Source: Opitutales bacterium (GTDB lineage Bacteria; Verrucomicrobiota; Verrucomicrobiia; Opitutales; UBA9783). Taken from it: a stretch of DNA of 7,881 nucleotides. Below are positions 1 through 6,056 of the stretch, in pieces; positions within the stretch are counted from its first letter, which is position 1, and each line of letters begins with the position of its first letter. Below the pieces are notes generated by a model. That model did no database searches. It was given only the letters and a program-made list of their open reading frames with translations, and was not told the origin of the DNA. Both the position numbers and the translations under genes were made by a program. The stretch lies in assembly GCA_024407725.1 (NCBI GenBank), contig JAKSVZ010000023.1, positions 1 through 7,881 on the forward strand. The letters are read 5' to 3'.

Positions 1-1
1 C

Positions 2-76
2 AATCAATGGCAGAAGGATTTAGAGCAAGCATCGGGCTTATATCATCAGATTGCACATGCAAAACCGTGGCTTTGA
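2..76 (+). CDS. 3' end of an unidentified ORF (partial, runs off the window start)
   Basis: Frame 2 is open from the window edge (NQWQKDLEQASGLYHQIAHAKPWL) to TGA at 74-76. The same frame stays open into the downstream nuclease-domain ORF. No motif recognised. Confidence 0.3.
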   Translation, partial: NQWQKDLEQASGLYHQIAHAKPWL

Positions 77-169
77 AGAAACGCCACAGATTGGATTAAG
101 CAGTTTGAATGGATTGAAAGTCCGCTTGATGGATCAGTAGGAACGTTTGTCGCTCAGTACCGAACAGCT

Positions 170-1306
170 TTGTGCGAACATTTGTCGTTAGCGCTTGAGC
201 CTTTTTTGGATACCTGTGCTTTAACCATCAACCGGCAGCAATTTTTTGCGTATGTACGCCGACGTATGCAATTGAAAATGGGCGGCAAAGGGATAACGCT
301 TGAAAACGCTTTGTATCTACCGATGAGCGCCTGCAAAGTGTTGTTGAAGGTAAGTGAAAACACTGCTCTGAGTCCTACGACCTTACGGGCATTACACGCG
401 TTGCAATCGGATGGCTGTCTGGTGCAGCTAGGGGTCATTAAGGATGCAAACGGGGATACGAACAGCCCATGTTCCAATGAGTTGGATTGGCGTGATGAGT
501 TTCAGGTGATATGCACAGGCGAACCGCTTTATAACCCGCAGAATTTGCTCGTGCCTACCTCCTTGATCCATTGTTCGTGTACCGAGTGGGAAAACTTGCG
601 AAAACGCCCCATAAATACTTGGTTTTCTGCAATTTTGAAGACGCATGCCGTTCCCTTATCTGAACGGTTTTTAGGAGAAAAATTATTGGGGGAATGGACG
701 CATGCGATTCTGCGCTTTGAACAGCGGATTCAAAATTTGGAGGAATGGAAAGCGCATCGGGAGGAGCGCATGAATCAATTGCTACAGGATTCGGGCAATA
801 GCTTGGTTTTTCAGCATTTAGGCCAACGTGCGTTGTATATCAGCAACTTAATGGCTGCAGCGTGTGAGGAGCTGTTGGGTAAACATTGGGAGTTGAAATG
901 CGAATGGACACTGCCGGATTCGAGCCCTTATCGCGGTCGTATTGACCTATTGGCCATTAATGCAAAGGAGCAGCGTATTGTGATTGTGGATTACAAAACC
1001 AGCAATCAGGCCAAATTTGAGCCTAAAAAGGACGGTTCCTGTTGGCAATTGATTCTGTATGGGAAAGCGCTGCAAAAGGAATATCCGAAGTATAAGGTGT
1101 ACGTGTGGATGGTTAAGCCTACGGGCGAAAAGCAGGAAATTCCATTGGATGCTAGCGATCAAGTCGAGCAATGGATTGATGAGTTTAAGAAAACCGGTTG
1201 GTATGAGGACTTGCCCGAGCTTGCTGAAAGGCAATTGGATGAGTTGCCGCTTATGTATAGCCCCGCCAAGCTTAGGCGTTGGGATTTGAGCAACAGCAAC
1301 ACTTAG
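170..1306 (+). CDS. PD-(D/E)XK nuclease family protein (RecB/AddB/Cas4-like C-terminal nuclease domain); 5' end uncertain
   Basis: 378-codon ORF ending in TAG. TTG at 170 is the first possible start and the first in-frame ATG is at 266; neither has a visible Shine-Dalgarno. The C-terminal third carries the nuclease signature: E245, GRID259LL, IVD274-Y-K276-TS (nt ~902-997), then Q293xxxY297. There is no C-terminal Cys cluster. I do not recognise the N-terminal ~240 aa. Confidence 0.7.
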   Translation: MCEHLSLALEPFLDTCALTINRQQFFAYVRRRMQLKMGGKGITLENALYLPMSACKVLLKVSENTALSPTTLRALHALQSDGCLVQLGVIKDANGDTNSPCSNELDWRDEFQVICTGEPLYNPQNLLVPTSLIHCSCTEWENLRKRPINTWFSAILKTHAVPLSERFLGEKLLGEWTHAILRFEQRIQNLEEWKAHREERMNQLLQDSGNSLVFQHLGQRALYISNLMAAACEELLGKHWELKCEWTLPDSSPYRGRIDLLAINAKEQRIVIVDYKTSNQAKFEPKKDGSCWQLILYGKALQKEYPKYKVYVWMVKPTGEKQEIPLDASDQVEQWIDEFKKTGWYEDLPELAERQLDELPLMYSPAKLRRWDLSNSNT

Positions 1307-1742
1307 GAGCTTCCGTTGGCTCATTGCGCAAAGCTTTTAAAAAGGTATGCCACGCTAAGGTAGCGCATTTGACGCGCATGGGGAATTTGCGAACCCCCAT
1401 TAACGCTTCTAATTCATCCAAATGGTCGGGAAGTGCTGCATTTGGGTCGTTTAATGCCTGTAGCACTTGATTAGCATCTGCTTCAGCTTGAGCGGTTGAT
1501 TTTCCCTGCAAGCGCAAGGTCATGATCGACGCTGATGCTTTGCAAATAGCGCATCCTTGGCCGGTAAAACTGACTGTTTCTAACGTTCCTTCTTTGTTAA
1601 GCAATAAATAGACGGAAATTTCGTCGCCGCAGGTAGGATTAACCCCATACGCTTTGTTGGTGGGATGTTCGATCGCATAAAAGTTGTTCGGATTCTCGTT
1701 GTGAGCCAACAGTACCTCTTGGTAGATTTCAAGCGTGTTCAT
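1272..1742 (-). CDS. sufU: SufU-type Fe-S cluster assembly sulfur-transfer protein (IscU/NifU-like)
   Basis: 156 aa. It has the three SufU ligand cysteine contexts NPTCGDEI, GQGCAICKASAS and RVKCATLAW, with the long insertion between the second and third Cys. Its ATG overlaps the sufS stop (ATGA at 1739-1742). The C-terminal tail is unusual: KCCCCSNPNA. Confidence 0.85.
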   Translation of the reverse strand: MNTLEIYQEVLLAHNENPNNFYAIEHPTNKAYGVNPTCGDEISVYLLLNKEGTLETVSFTGQGCAICKASASIMTLRLQGKSTAQAEADANQVLQALNDPNAALPDHLDELEALMGVRKFPMRVKCATLAWHTFLKALRNEPTEAPKCCCCSNPNA

Positions 1743-2974
1743 TTCCTAAAAAACTTTAAGGTTCGTTCAATGGATTGTGCCAAACGGTCTACATCTTCGC
1801 AGGTATTATAAATCCCAAAGGAAGCCCGCAAAACCCCTCCGTTTAAGCATTGTAGGCGGCGAATCAAGGGTTGACTGCAATGGTAACCGCCGCGTATCGC
1901 AACATTATCGTCGCTCATCAATTGCGCTGCGTCGTGCGGATGTACACCATTCAAAATAAAGGGTACGACCGCTGTTCGGTGTTTAGGGTTACCTAAAACC
2001 TGCACTTGCGGGATGGATTTGAGGGTTTTTTCGGTATAGCGAATGACGGAATCTTCGTAAGCTGTGATGGCGTCCCATGAAAACTGTTGTAGGTAATCGA
2101 TTGCGGATCCCATCCCGATGATATCGGCAATGGGCGGTGTACCTGCTTCGAAGCGGAACGGAACATCGGCTGGGGTAAATCCTTCTGCTGTTACCTGTTG
2201 CATCATGGTTCCTCCGCCGTGATAGGGGGGTAGGGTTTCAAGCAAGGCTTGCTTTCCGTAAAAAAATCCAGAACCGGTCGGCCCATACATTTTGTGCCCC
2301 GATGCGACCAAGAAATCGCAATCCAAGTTGCGAACTGAAATCGGTAGGTGCGCGATGGTTTGAGCTGCATCGACAACCACCAGCGTTCCGTTAGCATGGG
2401 CGCGTGCAATGATGGCCTTCATATCCGGCGTGGTTCCTAAGACATTGGATACATGCGTTAGGGTTAACAGCTTGGTTTTTGGCGTTAACAGCCGATCGAG
2501 CGTTGCGAGTTCCAACTCACCTTCTGCATTGATAGGGAACAGTTTTACCTTAATTCCCCGCTTATATTGCTGTATCTGCCAAGGAATTAAGTTGGAATGA
2601 TGCTCCAGCTCGGATACAATCACTTCATCGTCCGGCTTAAAATAGCGTTGGCCGATAATTTCTGCGAGGCAATTGAGTGCTTCGGTAGCGCCGCGGGTAA
2701 ATACAATTTCGTTTGGCGAAGCGGCGTCGATAAAACGAGCTACGCGTGTTCTTACCCCCTCATAAGCTTCGGTTGAACGTTCGCCCCATGTATAGAAGCT
2801 GCGATGTACGTTGGCGTTATAATGAAGGTAAAAATCAGTAATGGCATCAATAACCGACTGGGGCTTTTGGGTTGTTGCCGAATTATCTAGATAAGCAATC
2901 GGTTGGTTTTTCGAATTGCAATACGCTAGCGCAGGAAAATCCTTGCGGATTTTATGGATATCCAAAGGCTGCAT
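1739..2974 (-). CDS. sufS: Cysteine desulfurase, SufS family (class V PLP aminotransferase)
   Basis: 411 aa. PLP-lysine motif VASGHKMYGPTGSGFFYGK and catalytic cysteine loop RGGYHCSQPL, both close to E. coli SufS as I remember it. It sits immediately upstream of sufU and is translationally coupled to it. Confidence 0.9.
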   Translation of the reverse strand: MQPLDIHKIRKDFPALAYCNSKNQPIAYLDNSATTQKPQSVIDAITDFYLHYNANVHRSFYTWGERSTEAYEGVRTRVARFIDAASPNEIVFTRGATEALNCLAEIIGQRYFKPDDEVIVSELEHHSNLIPWQIQQYKRGIKVKLFPINAEGELELATLDRLLTPKTKLLTLTHVSNVLGTTPDMKAIIARAHANGTLVVVDAAQTIAHLPISVRNLDCDFLVASGHKMYGPTGSGFFYGKQALLETLPPYHGGGTMMQQVTAEGFTPADVPFRFEAGTPPIADIIGMGSAIDYLQQFSWDAITAYEDSVIRYTEKTLKSIPQVQVLGNPKHRTAVVPFILNGVHPHDAAQLMSDDNVAIRGGYHCSQPLIRRLQCLNGGVLRASFGIYNTCEDVDRLAQSIERTLKFFRK

Positions 2975-3003
2975 GATTAAATAAAATCAAAACCCATTCG
3001 GTT

Positions 3004-3077
3004 TGGCTGCCCTGCAAGGATTCGAACCTTGACTAAATGAACCAAAATCACTTGTGCTACCATTACACCACTGGGCA
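3004..3077 (-). tRNA. tRNA-Gln (anticodon UUG), CCA encoded
   Basis: The reverse complement reads TGCCCAG TG GTGT AATGGTA GCAC A AGTGA TTTTGGT TCATT TAGT CAAGG TTCGAAT CCTTG CAGGGCA G CCA, a full 74-nt cloverleaf. The anticodon loop TTTTGGT gives UUG. U1:A72 and G73 are as in bacterial tRNA-Gln. There is one A:A mismatch at 6:67. Confidence 0.9.
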
Positions 3078-3156
3078 TTAGAACCTTACTCATTAAGATG
3101 TTTTTTCTCCCTTGTTCCGTCAAGTAAATTTGTATTGCACAGAGGGGGCGAAGTGA

Positions 3157-3175
3157 TGTTAGTTAGAAACTAACA
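3157..3175. promoter_or_regulatory. Perfect inverted repeat TGTTAGTT-AGA-AACTAACA (candidate operator or hairpin) upstream of the SemiSWEET-thiN pair
   Basis: The 8-bp arms are exact reverse complements with a 3-nt spacer. It lies 39 nt upstream of the ATG at 3214 and about 14 nt upstream of a -10-like TAGAAT (3189-3194). No U-run follows on either strand, so it is not a terminator. Confidence 0.3.
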
Positions 3176-3213
3176 AGCAAGTAGCTTATAGAATACGTTA
3201 ATAATTTTCCCTT

Positions 3214-3468
3214 ATGATAGATACGATTGCAGGAATTGTTGCATTTGTTACAACCATGATTGGGGTGGTGCCTCAAATGATTAAAGGGTACCGTACGAAA
3301 TCCATGAAAGATGTATCCTTAGTGATGCTCTTGAATTGTTTGCTTTGTTGTATTGCGTGGCTTGTCCATGGACTATGCGTTGCAGATTATACCCTCGTGT
3401 GGAGCGAAGTGTTTTGTACCATCACCACGATTATCGTGCTCATTCAAAAGCATCAATATGCTCATTGA
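3214..3468 (+). CDS. SemiSWEET / PQ-loop family small membrane transporter (3 TM)
   Basis: 84 aa with three hydrophobic segments. The PQ motif context TTMIGVVPQMIKGYRTKSMKDVSL and the TM2 AWLVHGL resemble bacterial SemiSWEETs as I remember them. The stop TGA (3466-3468) overlaps the downstream ATG (3458) by 11 nt. Confidence 0.7.
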   Translation: MIDTIAGIVAFVTTMIGVVPQMIKGYRTKSMKDVSLVMLLNCLLCCIAWLVHGLCVADYTLVWSEVFCTITTIIVLIQKHQYAH

Positions 3469-4096
3469 TTTAGAGCGCTATAAAAGCATTTTGTGCCTAC
3501 ATGGCGATTTGCCCTTGGCGTGGCTGAAAAACAGTACGCTGCCCATTATTGCAACCGATGGGGCTGCTAATGACTTAATTGCTGCCGGTATTCGTCCCAC
3601 AATGATTATTGGGGATTGTGACAGCATCCATCCTGATTTGCTCAAAACCTATCCTTATCGGCGGCTTCAGGAGCAAAACTCAACCGATTTTGAGAAAGCC
3701 CTTCAGTATTTAGCCGACAATCACCAACTGCCAACGATTGTTACGGGAATCAATGGTGGGTTTTTAGACCAAATCATCGCAAATATCGGTATTTTTTCTC
3801 GCACGGATGCGTTGTATTATTCCGATACCTTGTTGGGATGGGTCATGAATGAAGGAAGTCATAGCTTTACCTTCCCAAAAGATACCAAAATTTCTCTTTT
3901 TGGATGCCCACAAGCCCTCATTACCAGCGAAGGCCTTCGGTGGGAATTGAAGCAGTCTCGTTTGGTTTTTGGCTCATTTTGCTCTTCCTCCAACCGCGTA
4001 CAAACATCAACCGTTCGTATAACCGTCCACGAAGGTAAGGTATTGACTTTTGCTTACTGCAATCCGGTTATCGACGCCGGCAGTATCCATTATTAA
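3458..4096 (+). CDS. thiN: Thiamine pyrophosphokinase (thiamine diphosphokinase)
   Basis: 213 aa from ATG 3458. The track ORF from 3353 is a frame-overlap extension over the SemiSWEET gene. Motifs: IIATDGAANDLIAAGIRPTMIIGDCDSI, QNSTDFEKAL, GINGGFLDQIIANI, and a C-terminal thiamine-binding-like LRWEL...SSSN. Confidence 0.85.
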   Translation: MLIDLERYKSILCLHGDLPLAWLKNSTLPIIATDGAANDLIAAGIRPTMIIGDCDSIHPDLLKTYPYRRLQEQNSTDFEKALQYLADNHQLPTIVTGINGGFLDQIIANIGIFSRTDALYYSDTLLGWVMNEGSHSFTFPKDTKISLFGCPQALITSEGLRWELKQSRLVFGSFCSSSNRVQTSTVRITVHEGKVLTFAYCNPVIDAGSIHY

Positions 4097-4116
4097 GCAA
4101 CACAACGCTTTGAGCT

Positions 4117-4965
4117 TTAGAACGTCCGTCCTACGCCCAAATAGATTTGGTCGGAATGGAAATTCGCCAACTTCGGAATTTCATACCCATAACATTTAGC
4201 ACCAAACATCTGGTGTAATCCGATATGGCGATAACCAACCTCAAACAAGGTTTCAAATTTTTCAGCGCGTACAAACAGACTAAAATTGTACAGCAACGAG
4301 CCGGAATGGACGTACTTACGGTTGCCGCTGATAAGGTCGGTAACCGTAACGCCATTTAATCGCCAATATTCCAAAGTAGTAAACTTGGTACAGACATAAG
4401 CGCCACCGATACCACCGCCGATACCGACTGATAACCAATCTAATATATACTGTTCCCAATAGATATTAGCCTGTGCTCCCGCAATGCGTTGATTTTTAAG
4501 AAAACATGCTCCAATATTAATGCTTCGTATCTGATGCCCAGCTTGATCTCGTATAAGACGACGTTTTTGAAAAGCAAAATCGGGGCGATAAGGCATCATA
4601 ACATTATTCCAATTTGAATCCTCACGTTTGCGGTTCTTTACACTGACATAAGCGCCTAATATTTCTATTTCTAATCCTAAAGCTCCTGTATCGAACACAT
4701 CAAACCGTCCGCCTAAAGCAACCGATAAATTACGGTGATTGCTATATGGAATTTTACCTGATGTACACTCATTGTTTCGTACTATGCAGGGATTTACTAA
4801 GCCAACGGTATTCGGGTAGTTACTGTCCCCTTTACTAAACGTTCCCCAATCATCCCCCTTCAGCTCACCAAACCCCGACCGTACCATGACGTACAAACCA
4901 TAACAGGGGGTATGTATACCTAGCGTTAATGCTAGGGCTAATAATAAACTTATTCTTTTAGTCAT
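4117..4965 (-). CDS. Outer-membrane beta-barrel protein, paralog 1 (OMP_b-brl/Opa-OmpA-like class; exact family not recognised)
   Basis: 282 aa. N-terminal signal peptide MTKRISLLLALALTLGIHTPCYG. Alternating-hydrophobic strands, a glycine-rich GIGGGIGGAY segment, and a C-terminal YLGVGRTF ending in Phe, the typical OMP/BAM signature. Strong paralogy with 6842-7810. Confidence 0.75.
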   Translation of the reverse strand: MTKRISLLLALALTLGIHTPCYGLYVMVRSGFGELKGDDWGTFSKGDSNYPNTVGLVNPCIVRNNECTSGKIPYSNHRNLSVALGGRFDVFDTGALGLEIEILGAYVSVKNRKREDSNWNNVMMPYRPDFAFQKRRLIRDQAGHQIRSINIGACFLKNQRIAGAQANIYWEQYILDWLSVGIGGGIGGAYVCTKFTTLEYWRLNGVTVTDLISGNRKYVHSGSLLYNFSLFVRAEKFETLFEVGYRHIGLHQMFGAKCYGYEIPKLANFHSDQIYLGVGRTF

Positions 4966-5022
4966 TTCCTTATAAGGCGTTTCCTTATAAGGCGTTTCCT
5001 TATAAGGCGTTTCCTTATAAGA
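4963..5022 (-). repeat. Four tandem 15-nt units; the last unit contains the paralog 1 start codon
   Basis: In gene sense the units read TCTTATAAGGAAACG, CCTTATAAGGAAACG, CCTTATAAGGAAACG, CCTTATAAGGAAATG. The last unit differs from consensus only by ACG->ATG. Each unit holds the perfect 10-nt palindrome CCTTATAAGG (9/10 in the distal unit). Confidence 0.95.
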
Positions 5023-5050
5023 TTTTGGGCATTTTTGTGGAAAATCAAGC

Positions 5051-5070
5051 TTTTTTTTTGGGGGTGGGGT
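5051..5070. repeat. Homopolymer block T9 G5 T G4 in the divergent intergenic region
   Basis: Read directly: T9 at 5051-5059, G5 at 5060-5064, T at 5065, G4 at 5066-5069. In paralog 1 sense this reads CCCCACCCCCAAAAAAAAA immediately upstream of a -35-like TTGATT (plus strand 5043-5048). Confidence 0.9.
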
Positions 5071-5089
5071 AGAAGCTACGCCGCTTCTA
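5070..5089. other. Inverted repeat TAGAAGC-TACGCC-GCTTCTA (7-bp stem, 6-nt loop)
   Basis: The arms are exact reverse complements. It abuts the G/T homopolymer block. No U-run follows on either strand, so its function is unknown. Confidence 0.3.
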
Positions 5090-5215
5090 TGGCTAACGGA
5101 TGGGTTAGCAAGGTTCCATTAAGGCAATACGTTCGATCGATAAAGCTTCTTTCATTTTTACTTGCTAGGTATCCGATAGGATGCAAGGATAATACTACTT
5201 AGCGAGGGGCGAGCC

Positions 5216-6052
5216 ATGGAATCTTTTTTGCCTAAAGATTTTGATTATTCAGCGCCTTGCGTTTTGTTAGCTGGGCGTGGGGATTATCCGCGGTTGTTAT
5301 GGGGCACCTTAAAAGAGCTATGTCCGCGAGCTGTTGTATTTGGATTTGAAGCAGAAGCAGCTGCATGGATGCAAGCGATTCCGGACAACCAACGGTTTAC
5401 GTTTGAAGTAGGTCAGGTGGGGCATTGGTTGCAAGCGCTCAAAAAGGTTGGAGCTCGTTATGTTTGGCTTGCAGGGCAAATTCAACCCAAAAAGTTGTTT
5501 CATGGATTAAAGCCCGACCTAAAAGCCATTTGGTTGCTATCGAAATTAAAAGAAAAGAATGCGACAACAATTTTTGGTACTTTGATTCGCGAAATGGAAG
5601 CGTTGGGGATTACGGTTTTGGATGCGCGCTGTTTTATGGAATCGCAGCTTACCGCTAAAGGCCTGTTAACCCGCAAAGCGTATACTGATATTGATGATGC
5701 CACCCTACAGCATGGAATTCGGGTGTGTCGGGGGATTGCCGAGCTGGATATTGGGCAAAGCGTGGTGGTTCATAAAGGCACAACGGTTCTGGTTGAAGGA
5801 TTCGATGGGACCGATGCACTCATTGAACGAGCAGGGGCTATTTGCGACCACGACATGGGGCTCGTTAAACTGGCGAAACCGACGCAAGATTTTCGCTACG
5901 ATGTACCGATTTTTGGCCTGCATACCCTACAAGCCATGCAGGCGGCTGGTATACAATGGGCTGCGTTGGAAGCCGAACGAACGTTGATTTTAGATAAGCC
6001 GGCAGTTTTGGAAGCAGCGGATCGCCAACACATTACCTTAATCGGCTTTTAA
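5216..6052 (+). CDS. lpxI: UDP-2,3-diacylglucosamine pyrophosphatase LpxI (DUF1009 family)
   Basis: 278 aa. SD-like GAGGGG sits 6 nt before the ATG. VLLAGRGDYP at the N-terminus, and ELDIGQSVVV...LVEGFDGTDALIERAG...LAKPTQDFRYDVPIFG match the conserved LpxI blocks I recall from Caulobacter LpxI (LDIGQ, EGTDA, KPxQDxRxDxPxIG). Confidence 0.85.
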   Translation: MESFLPKDFDYSAPCVLLAGRGDYPRLLWGTLKELCPRAVVFGFEAEAAAWMQAIPDNQRFTFEVGQVGHWLQALKKVGARYVWLAGQIQPKKLFHGLKPDLKAIWLLSKLKEKNATTIFGTLIREMEALGITVLDARCFMESQLTAKGLLTRKAYTDIDDATLQHGIRVCRGIAELDIGQSVVVHKGTTVLVEGFDGTDALIERAGAICDHDMGLVKLAKPTQDFRYDVPIFGLHTLQAMQAAGIQWAALEAERTLILDKPAVLEAADRQHITLIGF

Positions 6053-6056
6053 TCCC

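Noticed and set aside
2990-3004. Weak hairpin AAACC-GAATG-GGTTT followed by a U-rich stretch between tRNA-Gln and sufS, as a terminator
   Set aside because: The stem is only 5 bp and AU-rich, and it overlaps the tRNA 3' end. That is too weak to call, and co-transcription of the tRNA with sufSU remains possible.
3090-3123. Sigma70-type promoter for tRNA-Gln (minus-sense TTGACG at 3118-3123 with TAATGA or CTTAAT downstream)
   Set aside because: The spacing from the -35-like hexamer to any -10-like hexamer is 19-22 nt, outside the usual range, so I cannot support a specific promoter call.
3078-3213. Possible TPP (THI-box) riboswitch upstream of the SemiSWEET-thiamine pyrophosphokinase pair
   Set aside because: On reading the region in both orientations I find no CUGAGA core and no ACCUGAUCUGGAUAAUGCCAGCG-like pyrophosphate-sensing segment. 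Only a simple 8-bp palindrome is present.
3353-3457. Longer 247-aa version of the thiamine pyrophosphokinase ORF starting at 3353
   Set aside because: The extra 35 codons overlap the SemiSWEET gene in another frame and look like frame-shadow sequence. Homology to thiamine pyrophosphokinases begins right after the ATG at 3458.
4963-5022. The 15-nt tandem arrays (here and at 7804-7881) read as CRISPR arrays or as coding pentapeptide repeats
   Set aside because: The units are contiguous with no spacers, so this is not CRISPR. For paralog 1 the in-phase upstream frame has no ATG, GTG or TTG between the stop at 5119-5121 and the ATG at 4965, and a canonical signal peptide starts exactly at that ATG. 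The repeats are therefore leader sequence, not ordinary coding sequence. For paralog 2 the frame is open to the window edge, but the signal peptide again starts at the annotated ATG.
5060-5069. G-quadruplex at GGGGGTGGGG
   Set aside because: Only two G-runs are present and a unimolecular quadruplex needs four.
5089-5202. 37-codon small ORF (MANGWVSKVPLRQYVRSIKLLSFLLARYPIGCKDNTT) ending 13 nt before lpxI, as a possible leader peptide
   Set aside because: It has no SD, no recognisable features and nothing to compare it with. An open frame of this size is expected by chance in a 250-bp intergenic region.
5796-5805. 10-nt match (AAGGATTCGA) to the tRNA-Gln T-arm region (3016-3025), as a possible att-site remnant of a tRNA-targeted island
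   Set aside because: It lies inside the conserved lpxI coding sequence. A single 10-mer match is close to chance expectation for this window, and no integrase or island boundary is present.
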